IMG/VR virus record: IMGVR_UViG_3300032167_000098
Span: 1 to 64,000 of that record
Origin: an uncultured virus (IMG/VR IMGVR_UViG_3300032167_000098)
Taxonomy: Duplodnaviria; Heunggongvirae; Uroviricota; Caudoviricetes
DNA length: 64,000 nucleotides
Reading direction: 5' to 3' (one strand)
The position numbers were made by a program, and so were the translations under genes. Positions 29,226 through 39,459 of this stretch are shown here, one piece after another. The notes beneath the pieces are model-generated. The model was given only the letters and a program-made list of their open reading frames with translations, was not told the DNA's origin and made no database searches. The number at the start of each line of letters is the position of its first letter. Position 1 is the stretch's first letter.

Positions 29226-30281
29226 TTAATCTACATCTCGTGAGAACATTTCATCTAACGAGTTCGAAAAATAACTATATCCAGAACTGTCAGCAAATGA
29301 TGTACTATATTCATGGAGTTCAGATATCTCAACAGGGAGATAAGAGTAGCTCTCTGATGGTACTCTTACAGGAACATCGTCGTACTCAGCATACACTTCT
29401 ATATGATATGTTCCCGGTTCAACATTTGTTGGTTGATGAGTCCATTTATTGAAATAACAAACGATGCAGCTATTGCAAGTCCAGTCAAATTTACAGCACC
29501 TATAAACATCTTCGTTGTAATATACACCTTCGAGATCAGCGTGTGAATAATACTGAACTCCGTCAACTTTAACCACCATTCTACTAGCAGGTAGAGCAGG
29601 AACAGTATAACCAATAGACGTTTGTTCTAACTGACTCCAGTTGCTTATTATAGTGTCAGATTCAGCTATAAATGTCTGAGAAGGTGCTACAACTGTGACC
29701 CCATCTGCTTGAGTAATTTGAACTGTGTAAGTTCCAGCTGCACTAGCAGTACACCAAATTTCAGGAGCCTGCTCACCAATAGCACCATCACTAACTATAA
29801 AATCTACACCTTCAACTGTGCCACAGTATGTATACTCATTACTCGTATCTGTCCAACCTCTCGTCAGTGTTCCTGATACGCCATTAACTGATACAGTTAC
29901 TATCCAATCTGACCTACCGCCCTCTTGAGTCAGAGGAATATGCGAATCTGCAGTTGCATCTGACGGGACTACTATTGTATTATCAACAATGAGAGTTCTT
30001 GCATTCACAGACTTATTGTCGTCAAATACTGATAAAGGATAATCGCTATAAAAATTGTTAGGATTAGATGAATCTTGCGAACGTTTCAGTTTAACAATAG
30101 TTCCACGATTCACAGCTTCTATCATTTCTCGCGGAGTAATATTCAATATAATTCGATCTGAGTCTACTGTTGAAGTAACATCTCTCACCTCAAGGTTTTG
30201 AGGATTTGCAATCTTATTTTCAATCTCGTTCAATCTAGCAGATGTTATCTTTTCACCTGGTGTCCATGTGTGTTTACTCAT
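29226..30281 (-). CDS. Tail-associated protein with the same N-module
   Basis: KHTWTPGEKITSARLNEIENKI. Confidence 0.6.
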   Translation of the reverse strand: MSKHTWTPGEKITSARLNEIENKIANPQNLEVRDVTSTVDSDRIILNITPREMIEAVNRGTIVKLKRSQDSSNPNNFYSDYPLSVFDDNKSVNARTLIVDNTIVVPSDATADSHIPLTQEGGRSDWIVTVSVNGVSGTLTRGWTDTSNEYTYCGTVEGVDFIVSDGAIGEQAPEIWCTASAAGTYTVQITQADGVTVVAPSQTFIAESDTIISNWSQLEQTSIGYTVPALPASRMVVKVDGVQYYSHADLEGVYYNEDVYRCCKFDWTCNSCIVCYFNKWTHQPTNVEPGTYHIEVYAEYDDVPVRVPSESYSYLPVEISELHEYSTSFADSSGYSYFSNSLDEMFSRDVD

Positions 30282-30292
30282 ATCATCACACC

Positions 30293-30685
30293 TCACTCAC
30301 TTAATATTGCAGCACCGACGTGACATTCATCAGCTACTGCTGTAACTAAATCAGTTTCTGTATCGAGGCCCATACTGTTTAAGAAATCAATTGTATCTTG
30401 AATATCAACAAAATCAGTATCTTCTGGAATAATAGGACGATTGTCTAGATCTAAATAGTTACCTGATGTAGCAACAGCTGCAAAATCAGGTTTATTTGCT
30501 ATGTTAGCCCAGTCAACTGAACTAGCAGATCCTCCTCCGAATACTTCAGAACCTACGTATATTTGTTTAGTGTTTTCATCAAAGTAAATTGTATTACCGT
30601 CAGGCGTAGCAGGAAGTGTTCCTCCTGTACGGATATAAACAAATTTCACTTTGTCACCTGAAATAGGTATTCTCCATATCGACAT
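30293..30685 (-). CDS. Small tail-fibre-like protein
   Basis: Fibre motifs VDWANIANKP and VATSGNYLDLDNRP; N-module shared with 33407..33598. Confidence 0.6.
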   Translation of the reverse strand: MSIWRIPISGDKVKFVYIRTGGTLPATPDGNTIYFDENTKQIYVGSEVFGGGSASSVDWANIANKPDFAAVATSGNYLDLDNRPIIPEDTDFVDIQDTIDFLNSMGLDTETDLVTAVADECHVGAAILSE

Positions 30686-30754
30686 AATGTTTGTATTATA
30701 CTCCTTACTGATGTTATGTTATTATAGAAGGTTAAACAATAAGAAAAAGAAATT

Positions 30755-30785
30755 GTGGGCAGCTTGTTTAAATACAGCTGCCCAC
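30755..30785 (-). terminator. Intrinsic terminator after the large tail gene
   Basis: GTGGGCAGC/GCTGCCCAC hairpin followed by a U-rich tract on the - strand. Confidence 0.65.
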
Positions 30786-30808
30786 TACATTATGTGCTTT
30801 AGTTGTCT

Positions 30809-33391
30809 TTATGTTGTTGCTTTTTCGTATGCGAGGAGGACGCCTTTGAGAGATGCTTTGAAAGCTTCCAGCGTCGAATACGCAGAATCCGTAATAGCGA
30901 CCATGGTATTGCTCTCGCCTCCACTTGTACCTGTACCGACCTCTTTATCTGCAATTCTGTTCGCGCCAACGCCACCCGTAGCATATCTTGAACACAATAG
31001 AGGTGCTTTTTCGCTGGAAGCATAACCTGTTTTCAAATCTTGTATTATACAATAATATTGATTTTGTATAGCCGTTGACGCACTCCAATTTTTAGTGCTT
31101 AAATCTATAACTGCCGTGGTATTAAAATCTATTTCTTTCTTAAAAGCCAGCAACTGTCTCAACGTACCGTCGCACGCTTCTTTTACCTCTGTCGTATAAT
31201 CAACTACACCTTTGATAGTGTCGGGGTCTGTCGGGGCAAGGTTGTCGCCTTTTAAGGCTATCTTGTGCATATCGCCATCGGTGATGTTATGGAGCGTATC
31301 TATCTCTGCTTTGTAGTCTACGGGATAGAATATCAGATTGCCCTGCGGAACGCCGTTCGGGCAGTCGAAAGACATTGTGCCGAAATCGTCTATTGCTACG
31401 TTCTCGGGGAAATGTGTACCTTGTTCGGTAGTTTTTGCAGAGTCGGCAAGTTCATATTCAAGATATACGCCTGACATTGCGGTCTTAAAAGCGGCGGGGT
31501 CTGTATAGGCGTTGTTTCTCAAATAAACTGTGGAAGCGTCTCTTATCTCTATTGCTTTATCAGGAATAGAATCTGCTGATGTAGTAGAGGGCTGAATGGT
31601 ATAAGCCGAGCAACGTGCGTTGCGTGTACCACCGAAATCTGACGGCATAGACGCAGGATAAAATACATCGCTTTGAGCCACATAACCATAAGTCAATGTC
31701 CCCAAATCCACTTTGCCTGTCTCTTTATGCACTACACCATCAGGCGTTTTATAGTCAAACGCTAACAGAGGCTCATCACCTGTGTCAATGTTCGCAAGTT
31801 CCTCATAGGGATAATACTGGTCGTAGCCGCTTTCGCCTTCGTAGTAGAGGGAGATTGTGGTATCATTCTTATAGGTTGTGCCATAACTCGTCTCAAAATA
31901 AAATGCCATATAACAAGCATTGTTAGGCGTCGTAAATGCAAAACCCGGGCTTCTGCCTGTGTAGGAAAGATAATTGCCATCGGCATCATACCATATCATC
32001 CAGTATGCTGCACCAGCAGAACCGCAATATTTATAGTATGTCGTATTAGGAATAATACGAATGAGATTTTTACACCTTATGTTTGAACTACTACTATATT
32101 TTGCACCTGTATTTACATCATATGTGCCTTCTTCCCATTCTTCGTCCCACACATTTCTCCCTTTTGCTTTCAGATACCTGCCGTTACAATCGGTCAAAGT
32201 ACCTACATTATAGGATAAATCTCCCTGATAGTATCTGAAGAAATCTTCGGGGTGATTTAGCAGGTGGGTCGGGATTTTGTCGTTACTGCCGAACCAGAGG
32301 GTAAGGTCAATGACGAGCGGATTTTTGATATGAATTTCAGTATTAAGACCTTCGTTTTCTATCGGGAAGATATATAAATTGCCAGTTGTGCCATTAGAAA
32401 TAGCAGTGGAAATCCCCGAATAATGTGCAATAGAAGTAGATAATACTGCGTTAAATACAGCAACACCGCCACCACTACCGTAATACATTCTTAATGCAAG
32501 AGCCGCTTCTGCGTATCCCTCAAAATAAAGCAAATATTTGTGCCCGCTAATCGTAGGAATACCAGTATTGCATTTTACTCCGTTGTTCCGCGTTTCACTT
32601 GTAAAAACCGCCTCGCCGTTGGTAAATGTTGCAGTAACGCCGCCTTCAGCAGACCAGTTCGTTGAATTTATTGCTTTTGCCGCTTGATTAACAACAACTG
32701 TGTTTCCCCTTTTCTCTTTTAACTGGCAATATGAACCCGTATCTATCTTTCCTTCACCATTTGCACAGCCGGAGCCTTGTAGAATAAAAGGAGCTGACTG
32801 CGAAATTCCACTATCAGAGGAATAAGGTGTAAAATTGTCAGCATAACCAACGATCATCAATCGATAATGACCGCGCTGTTTAGCATAGATAGAAACAAGA
32901 TCATCACCTATTGTAGCTTCTCTCCATCGTGCACTGTTCCAGGTTCCTGCAGTTTGTTGTATACATACATATAGTTTACGATTTGTAATCGCAGCTCCGT
33001 ATATGCAATAATCTCCTGGAACATATACTCGAGTTGTATCATACAGTTCAGCGACCATTTTAAATGATGCTGTTACGGCGTCTCCTGTTGATTTGGAATC
33101 TGCAGCGTATCCTTGAAGAGTGAGAGTAGTATCGAGAGGCGTGCTTGTGTATGCACCAGCACTTGCCCAACCTGTACCATCCCAATAATAGATATCACCA
33201 TGTGTATAAGAAGCTGTAGTAGTTCCTAGATAGACGTAAGAAAGCGTATGATCAGCAGTTGCGAAATCACTAGGATCTATGATAACTTTTAAGCTGCCGA
33301 TCTCTGCTTTAGTTGCAAATATAGTTTTGTATTTTGCAGTAGCTTGTGTACTATAATTTTGCAAATTGGAGTCACTTACAAAGTTAGGCAT
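30809..33391 (-). CDS. Large tail fibre/baseplate protein, probably with carbohydrate-binding-like domains
   Basis: 860 aa; DTTLTLQGYAADSKSTGD spacer, YDTTRVYVPGDYC and beta-rich domains; lies in the tail cluster. Confidence 0.65.
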   Translation of the reverse strand: MPNFVSDSNLQNYSTQATAKYKTIFATKAEIGSLKVIIDPSDFATADHTLSYVYLGTTTASYTHGDIYYWDGTGWASAGAYTSTPLDTTLTLQGYAADSKSTGDAVTASFKMVAELYDTTRVYVPGDYCIYGAAITNRKLYVCIQQTAGTWNSARWREATIGDDLVSIYAKQRGHYRLMIVGYADNFTPYSSDSGISQSAPFILQGSGCANGEGKIDTGSYCQLKEKRGNTVVVNQAAKAINSTNWSAEGGVTATFTNGEAVFTSETRNNGVKCNTGIPTISGHKYLLYFEGYAEAALALRMYYGSGGGVAVFNAVLSTSIAHYSGISTAISNGTTGNLYIFPIENEGLNTEIHIKNPLVIDLTLWFGSNDKIPTHLLNHPEDFFRYYQGDLSYNVGTLTDCNGRYLKAKGRNVWDEEWEEGTYDVNTGAKYSSSSNIRCKNLIRIIPNTTYYKYCGSAGAAYWMIWYDADGNYLSYTGRSPGFAFTTPNNACYMAFYFETSYGTTYKNDTTISLYYEGESGYDQYYPYEELANIDTGDEPLLAFDYKTPDGVVHKETGKVDLGTLTYGYVAQSDVFYPASMPSDFGGTRNARCSAYTIQPSTTSADSIPDKAIEIRDASTVYLRNNAYTDPAAFKTAMSGVYLEYELADSAKTTEQGTHFPENVAIDDFGTMSFDCPNGVPQGNLIFYPVDYKAEIDTLHNITDGDMHKIALKGDNLAPTDPDTIKGVVDYTTEVKEACDGTLRQLLAFKKEIDFNTTAVIDLSTKNWSASTAIQNQYYCIIQDLKTGYASSEKAPLLCSRYATGGVGANRIADKEVGTGTSGGESNTMVAITDSAYSTLEAFKASLKGVLLAYEKATT

Positions 33392-33406
33392 ACGTTTTAC
33401 CCCTTA

Positions 33407-33598
33407 CTATTGTATATTATTCACAATCTCAGTGATCTGCTCAGGTGTTAATGGAGTTGCACCTTTGAAAGGAAAATCACCTACATATATTGTGAGGTTA
33501 GGAGAGTCGAAATAAACGGTACTAGGATCTGGACTTACAGGCATTGACTGTCCTTGAGGTATCCATTCAAATTTAACTAGTCCTGAAGGCATACTCAT
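33407..33598 (-). CDS. Small structural protein paralogous to the N-terminus of 30293..30685
   Basis: VKF..I..G...P..PD..T.YFD.....IYVG is present in both. Confidence 0.55.
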   Translation of the reverse strand: MSMPSGLVKFEWIPQGQSMPVSPDPSTVYFDSPNLTIYVGDFPFKGATPLTPEQITEIVNNIQ

Positions 33599-34401
33599 TC
33601 TGTAATCACCTCCCACTTAGGAAGCGTAGCGATCTGACTTATAATAGCGTTGATAGCTTCGCCAGTCGCTCCAGCATCAGCAGCTACATTAGACTGAGTC
33701 AATGTAGGATCTGTTGTTCTATATAGAACAAGATTAGTACCGTCATCAGGTTGTATAGGTTCTTCCGAATCTGTTGAACTGAGCACAAGTCTCAGCTGAT
33801 ACTGAGTTTGAAGTTCAGAGAGATTTGCAGTATCTACAAAGTAGTAAGGTGTTGGTTCAAGAGATTCTCCGTTCCAGATTCCTTGATAATTACCTGCGTT
33901 ATCATATGCAAATACTTCTACACGATATCCAGATACTGGTGCAACATCTGTAATCCCGGATGGCAGTATCGACGTTCTAATAGCAGATTCAGATTCTATC
34001 TCAACGCCTGTAGCAAATGAAAGTGTTCCCTGGTCCCAAAGTTCAGAAGATGTTTGTTTCCAATATATATCATTTATTATTTGTTGAACTTGCTGTTGCA
34101 GTTCAGCTACTTCCTCTTCCGGTGTAGGAGGACAAGGCGGTACAGGAGGGCATGGTGGACATGGAGGACACGGTTGTATTGCACGTGGATCTACTACTAT
34201 ACATGTTTGAAGATCTTCATCAGAAACCGGTATAACCTCATTTGCTGGAATTGAATTAAAATACCATCCCATACGCTGTTCATTTTGATATGTGTACCAA
34301 CCATTATGCACTATCCATCTGACATTAGGAAATCTAGATAGAAGCACAACAGTTCCATCATATAGTCGCACACATGTATTAGGTATTTTTAAATACATCA
34401 T
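33595..34401 (-). CDS. Putative structural protein with a CPPCPP linker
   Basis: N-domain paralogous to 34414..34656, PCPPCPPCPPVPPCPP, and DPTLTQSNVAADAGATG spacer. Confidence 0.6.
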   Translation of the reverse strand: MMYLKIPNTCVRLYDGTVVLLSRFPNVRWIVHNGWYTYQNEQRMGWYFNSIPANEVIPVSDEDLQTCIVVDPRAIQPCPPCPPCPPVPPCPPTPEEEVAELQQQVQQIINDIYWKQTSSELWDQGTLSFATGVEIESESAIRTSILPSGITDVAPVSGYRVEVFAYDNAGNYQGIWNGESLEPTPYYFVDTANLSELQTQYQLRLVLSSTDSEEPIQPDDGTNLVLYRTTDPTLTQSNVAADAGATGEAINAIISQIATLPKWEVITE

Positions 34402-34413
34402 ATTTTAATTACC

Positions 34414-34656
34414 TCAATTCTTAATCAAATAAATATCGTCAAGATCAGTGTCATACAATGGTTTGACTGTCTGATCACTCATGTTTATGAGATGCCATCC
34501 ACATGTTTTTCGGTTACCTCCCCAAGCATACCAACCAAACATAACACGCCACAACGTCGTTTCAAATCTTCCTAATTTGACACATTGTCCTGAAAATAAT
34601 GTGATATTCAGATCTGGTAAGTATAGCGAAGGCATTTTGCATGCTGTTTCAAACAT
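34414..34656 (-). CDS. Small protein paralogous to the N-domain of 33595..34401
   Basis: L..G..V.L.RF....W.V..GWY......GW is shared. Confidence 0.6.
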   Translation of the reverse strand: MFETACKMPSLYLPDLNITLFSGQCVKLGRFETTLWRVMFGWYAWGGNRKTCGWHLINMSDQTVKPLYDTDLDDIYLIKN

Positions 34657-34726
34657 AGATAAACACCATCCTATCTTTTAATTACATTATGTATAAAAGG
34701 TTCAGATGGTGTTTTTATAGCAGATC

Positions 34727-35680
34727 TTACTTAGCGTCGATTATCTTATTGATCTGTGACATGAACTCATTATAATATGTTAAAGCAATATCTGCAACAT
34801 ATTTCATATCAGGATGAGGAGCTCCTGTAGTTCCTCTAGATCTGACGTCGAAGAAATGATCCCATTCATTAAGATAAGCGGACATTATTACTTCTGTTTT
34901 GAGAGAATTTGGCAGAATAGCTCGGGCCTGCTGCGGTTGAAGTCCCTGTTCTATCATTTCAAAATATGTTTTCTCAATGACGTCGAGCGTTTCTATGTAC
35001 CGGTCTTTTGCAGCATCTGACCAGCTGTCCCAAGTTGACGGTTCGATGAATGTGAGCTCACCGCCGAACTTGCCTTGTGTGTAGTTACAGTATCTGGTAG
35101 ACTCTTGTGCGAAACTTCTTCTGTGACGGACTATCTCATGAGATACTCCGCGGTCACATATGAATTTACAGGTCCACAGCGTATGATACTTGATATTATC
35201 TTTTGCGTTATCTGTATATTCTCGAAAAAGCTCCCTCATCTCGTCATCAGATATGATGCGTATCTTCCATGAATTGAGATACACTTGTTCTTGATCTGTT
35301 TTAACACATGCTTGAAACGCCTTCATGAATCTGAAACTGCTCCATCTCGGATTGTTCAAGTGAGACAGAGACAATGTTACCACATATGTATTGCCATCGA
35401 GCCCATAACCTCCCACATCAAGTTCCGTGATGCGCACTCGTTCCATTGTATTGAACTCATCAGGTAAATGTGTGTAACAAGGTACATCAACTCGAAAATG
35501 CACGACAGCATGTTCAAGCATTGCGAGATGCTGCCGTTTGATCAGCCCCTCGACAAATTTGTAACAGCTATCTTCAGTTATTTTGTCCTCTGACTTGTAA
35601 CATGTTCTGCCGATTCGTTCTATCTTCTTATAAACATCAGATTCTAGGATCGGCTCAGCCGTTGCTTTGATAATTTTCAT
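34727..35680 (-). CDS. thyX: Flavin-dependent thymidylate synthase
   Basis: HLAMLEH, RGVSHEIVRHR.SFAQESTRY and PQQARAILPN. Confidence 0.93.
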   Translation of the reverse strand: MKIIKATAEPILESDVYKKIERIGRTCYKSEDKITEDSCYKFVEGLIKRQHLAMLEHAVVHFRVDVPCYTHLPDEFNTMERVRITELDVGGYGLDGNTYVVTLSLSHLNNPRWSSFRFMKAFQACVKTDQEQVYLNSWKIRIISDDEMRELFREYTDNAKDNIKYHTLWTCKFICDRGVSHEIVRHRRSFAQESTRYCNYTQGKFGGELTFIEPSTWDSWSDAAKDRYIETLDVIEKTYFEMIEQGLQPQQARAILPNSLKTEVIMSAYLNEWDHFFDVRSRGTTGAPHPDMKYVADIALTYYNEFMSQINKIIDAK

Positions 35681-35709
35681 AAAATATTTATCTCCTTTTA
35701 TATTAGATT

Positions 35710-35991
35710 TCAAGTTATATCAACACGATGTGCATACATTCCCCATTTGCATTCTGTAGGTTTGAAATGCACTACGTTGAAAGCATATCCGATTATATCA
35801 CCATACAATGATTGATCTAATCCAGCACTAGTAACGATGATATTTTTCATATCAAGTCGTTTTCTAACTTCAGAAACAGTCATATATCTAGCACCTGCGT
35901 CGCGTCGAGCATTTTTATGTTGAAGCAATATGCTCTCATCATCTCTGATATGCAGAAGATGAATAACTTGTTTAAGCGTAATTCGGCTCAT
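35710..35991 (-). CDS. Hypothetical protein
   Basis: 93-aa ORF coupled to the ligase. Confidence 0.55.
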   Translation of the reverse strand: MSRITLKQVIHLLHIRDDESILLQHKNARRDAGARYMTVSEVRKRLDMKNIIVTSAGLDQSLYGDIIGYAFNVVHFKPTECKWGMYAHRVDIT

Positions 35992-37946
35992 TCGTGCATG
36001 TAGTCCTTTCTGAAGTTTTCTTCACTTACTTTCGGAATGTTCCATTTATCAGCTTTCTGATTTTTAGCGCTGCTGCTGTTGGGATCATCAGTTATCAAGC
36101 AGAATGTGTCTTTGCAGATTTCTGCGGCCTTAAATCCATATTTAAGAAGCTCTTTTTCAAAATCTGCACGTTTAACTGATAACTTACCTGTTATCGCTAC
36201 AAGCCTTGTATCTGCTTTGTCCGAAGACGTGGACCAATCTATCTTGTCCCAAATATATGCAAGACGTCCTATTTTATCTACATTTGCACAAAGGGCTTCT
36301 GCGTTTGAATTCCCGATATAGGCTGTAAGACGAATGATATCTGTCGACTTATTGTAAAGCAAATCTGTTAAGAATAACTGAGCTTTTTCAGGATCTCTTG
36401 CGAACTTCTCACAAGTTACATCTCCGAATCTTGGAATGTTGAGAGCTTGAAGAGCTTCTTTAATTGAATACGACTGTCGAGCTTTGAAGCTTTCTATCAT
36501 CTTTCGCATCAAGCCTTCGTGACCCTCTGTCGAAAATATTGATCCGATATTTTCAGAAGTTATGTCCCTGATGAAATACATGAATGTCTCAACCGACGGA
36601 TCTCCTACAGGAATAATTTTATTCATGTATTTTGCTCTGAGATCTTCCTTCAATCCGTCAACTGGAGCAAGTGTATCTAACCAAACTGTCAGATCCTGCT
36701 GTAATAGATTTGGACATTTCTTATTGTTGCACTGAAGCTGAACACCATTCCAAATCATAGTTTCATGACAAGAGGGACACTCTAACGGAATTGATATGTA
36801 CGTGCAGCTTTCAAGTACCGATACAATATAGGGGATGATCTCTCCACGTTTTGTTATCTGTATCTTTGCACCCTTTCCGATCATGTTGTCCTTTATATAT
36901 TGAGCGTTAAATCCTGTTGCATACTGAACAGTAGTTCCTGCAAGCTCTACGGGTTCAACTTTTACACGAGGTATGTAATAGTTTGTTTTGCTAAGATTCC
37001 ACTCAACATCAACAACTGTTGTTTCTTTTATCTCGGACGGAAATTTATACGCAACTGATTCATAGGTGATATAAGGCGCTTGATTGGTATTGATTTGTTT
37101 TGTGATAACGATACCGTCTGCGGGAAATTTACCGTACCATCTTCGCTGAAGGTTATCCATTTCTTCATCAAGATTTGTCGATGTCAAGCATTTCCAAGAT
37201 TCTCGAGGAGCTGTCCAGAAGAACTGATCTTCCAGGAAGTTCCACATCGCAGAGTCGCTGCTAAAAATGTCTATATTAGATGAACACTCCCACCCGACTA
37301 CGCTATATACCAATATATGTAAGTAAGGAAGCTCGTCTGTCGCTTCTTTACGATTGATGATACCTGCAGTTGCATTTCTAGGATTTTTAAGTTCAGGATG
37401 TATATCAAGAAGTCGATTGAAGTTAGCATACGACATTACTATTTCGCCCCGGACAGCTCCTGTGAACCATCTTGCTTCAATGTCCTCTAGATCCCTATTG
37501 ATCTTTAAGACTTTGTCTGTAATGTCAATGCCGATGTTACCGTCGCCTCGAGTCAACGCTTGAACTAAGTGTCCATGTTCATAATACAGAACAACGCTGA
37601 TACCGTCAAGTTTAAGAGATGCTGTGTACTGTGCTGAAGGATCATTCGATTTGATGTTGAATGCTCTTTTGAACTCATCGCCGGTTCTTATCTTATCAAG
37701 TGAGCCGGCAGGTCCATATTTGTGAGGAACTTTCTGTCCAGGTGTGCTGTCTTCATCAACGGAGTAGCCCCAGCCTACTTCAGTCACTACTGGATTGTCC
37801 GGGTCAAGAGTTTTGAGTTCGTTGACCTTTGCATCAAATTCAGCATCAGTCAGATTTGATGTTCCATCTGTGTAATACTTCTGTGCAGCATCTTTCACTT
37901 CATTCGCAAGAGCTACTACAATCTTGTTTGCAAGTAACTTGTTCAT
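35988..37946 (-). CDS. ligA: NAD+-dependent DNA ligase
   Basis: KLDG, TRGDG, RGE, NPRN, DGIV, AYKF, OB fold, CPSC..C..C Zn finger and C-terminal BRCT (AITGKL...KADKWNIP). Confidence 0.93.
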   Translation of the reverse strand: MNKLLANKIVVALANEVKDAAQKYYTDGTSNLTDAEFDAKVNELKTLDPDNPVVTEVGWGYSVDEDSTPGQKVPHKYGPAGSLDKIRTGDEFKRAFNIKSNDPSAQYTASLKLDGISVVLYYEHGHLVQALTRGDGNIGIDITDKVLKINRDLEDIEARWFTGAVRGEIVMSYANFNRLLDIHPELKNPRNATAGIINRKEATDELPYLHILVYSVVGWECSSNIDIFSSDSAMWNFLEDQFFWTAPRESWKCLTSTNLDEEMDNLQRRWYGKFPADGIVITKQINTNQAPYITYESVAYKFPSEIKETTVVDVEWNLSKTNYYIPRVKVEPVELAGTTVQYATGFNAQYIKDNMIGKGAKIQITKRGEIIPYIVSVLESCTYISIPLECPSCHETMIWNGVQLQCNNKKCPNLLQQDLTVWLDTLAPVDGLKEDLRAKYMNKIIPVGDPSVETFMYFIRDITSENIGSIFSTEGHEGLMRKMIESFKARQSYSIKEALQALNIPRFGDVTCEKFARDPEKAQLFLTDLLYNKSTDIIRLTAYIGNSNAEALCANVDKIGRLAYIWDKIDWSTSSDKADTRLVAITGKLSVKRADFEKELLKYGFKAAEICKDTFCLITDDPNSSSAKNQKADKWNIPKVSEENFRKDYMHE

Positions 37947-37950
37947 ACTA

Positions 37951-38904
37951 TTATTTCTTGTGCCTCCTAACGATATCTTCCATCTCTTTAAACAGATTTT
38001 GAAAACTTTGATCATATTCTTCATCAGTCATATCGCGTACTTTATCTATTTCAAAGTACACACGATACAGAGATTCATCGATTTTATCTAGTTTAGTAAT
38101 CATAACACCTTCTGCAATTTGATCTGCATTTATCTCTCCGTCAATCTTGTAAAAAGAGACTCCATGACGCCATGGCTTCTTATCGAATCTATATTTCTTC
38201 AAATGAGATCTGAGTGTTCTGCGTTCTTCTGGAGAAACTGGAGCGAATACATTGTATGCTCTGATAGTCATACACTCTACCCAGGCCTTGCAGAAGTTGA
38301 TAGTTTCTTCATCTGATATAATAGAATAAACTGTGTTAGTATTGTATGTGCTATCGTAAGGTTGCCAAGGTGCATGCTTCTCTAAGTCGAAGTAGTAATC
38401 GTCGATGAATAAGACATCACCCTCTTCCAACCATTCATGTTCTGTATCAAATAAGCGTCGGCTTTTTCTTTCTGACTTTCTAGTCAAATCTGTATATACA
38501 TCTGAAGTCGGCGCTTTATCAAGTACATCTATATGAAATGCAACTGTATACTTATTCGGATTTATAGAGAGTGGTTCTACTGCATATATCATAGTGCCAT
38601 ATGCAATCCATTCATCATCAACAGCAGCATCAATCATGTAGGATGCTTTTCCCGTGTACCACGGGTATCTATTAAAATTGTATTTAGATTCAAGTTCCTG
38701 CAGCTCTTGCTTCTCCTCCTCTGTGTTTACTCCAGAAATGTTATATCCCCGAATAAGTATACAACGCATCCAGGCCTTACAAAATTCAATAGTTGCTTCA
38801 TCAGATATGATGCAGTCAACCATGATATCGCGATTACTGAATAATGGACATCTAGAATCTATATCAAATTGATATTCAGATATCTTCAATATATTTTGAG
38901 ACAT
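37951..38904 (-). CDS. Hypothetical protein with an internally duplicated domain
   Basis: IISDEATIEFCKAWMRCILIRGYN versus IISDEETINFCKAWVECMTIRAYN. Confidence 0.7.
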   Translation of the reverse strand: MSQNILKISEYQFDIDSRCPLFSNRDIMVDCIISDEATIEFCKAWMRCILIRGYNISGVNTEEEKQELQELESKYNFNRYPWYTGKASYMIDAAVDDEWIAYGTMIYAVEPLSINPNKYTVAFHIDVLDKAPTSDVYTDLTRKSERKSRRLFDTEHEWLEEGDVLFIDDYYFDLEKHAPWQPYDSTYNTNTVYSIISDEETINFCKAWVECMTIRAYNVFAPVSPEERRTLRSHLKKYRFDKKPWRHGVSFYKIDGEINADQIAEGVMITKLDKIDESLYRVYFEIDKVRDMTDEEYDQSFQNLFKEMEDIVRRHKK

Positions 38905-38966
38905 TATCTATACCCCTTTCACTCATCTGTTGTTTATATTTATCTACACATTCTATAACGATTCAT

Positions 38967-39007
38967 AAAAAATAGATCGGCTGTTATGGGAGTTGGAGCC
39001 GATCTAT
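38967..39007 (-). terminator. Terminator closing the RNA array
   Basis: ATAGATCGGCT/AGCCGATCTAT hairpin with a U-run on the - strand. Confidence 0.65.
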
Positions 39008-39268
39008 CTATGATGCCCTCGAGAATCTTTTCATCCGGGCCAGATGAATTCCAAAATAATTAAAGAAGTTATGCAGAGATTCTCGTGCTGCTGTGGAAAT
39101 TGTAGGTGCCGTCCTACTGCGTGCTTCTCAAGATGCTTTGACTCAGAAGCCGTGAGGTATTTAAAGGAGACCACAAAGAACACACTTTTTCGGTCTTAGG
39201 GAGCATCTTGTGCCCTGACGTATGGAAAACCACGCGTATTCAAAATGAGTGGACAACGACGTTGTTGA

Positions 39269-39341
39269 TCTGAGTGAAGGGATTTGAACCCCCGACCTGA
39301 TGGTCCCAAACCACCCGCTCTACCAACTGAGCTACACCCAG
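39269..39341 (-). tRNA. tRNA-Pro(UGG)
   Basis: Full cloverleaf; anticodon arm GGUGG-UUUGGGA-CCAUC; CCA not encoded. Confidence 0.9.
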
Positions 39342-39369
39342 ATACTGGGAAGGATTATTCTTCCCATTC

Positions 39370-39442
39370 TGGAAGGAACGGTAGGAGTCGAACCTACTTA
39401 AGTCAGTAGCGCTACTTCTGACTCTTGTCCGAAATCATCCCC
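39370..39442 (-). ncRNA. D-arm-less tRNA-like RNA with CCA
   Basis: Acceptor GGGGAUG/CGUUCCU, T-arm GUAGG-UUCGACU-CCUAC, no D-stem, and a 6-bp stem with an 11-nt loop in place of the anticodon arm. Confidence 0.65.
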
Positions 39443-39459
39443 ATATGAATGTTGGCATC

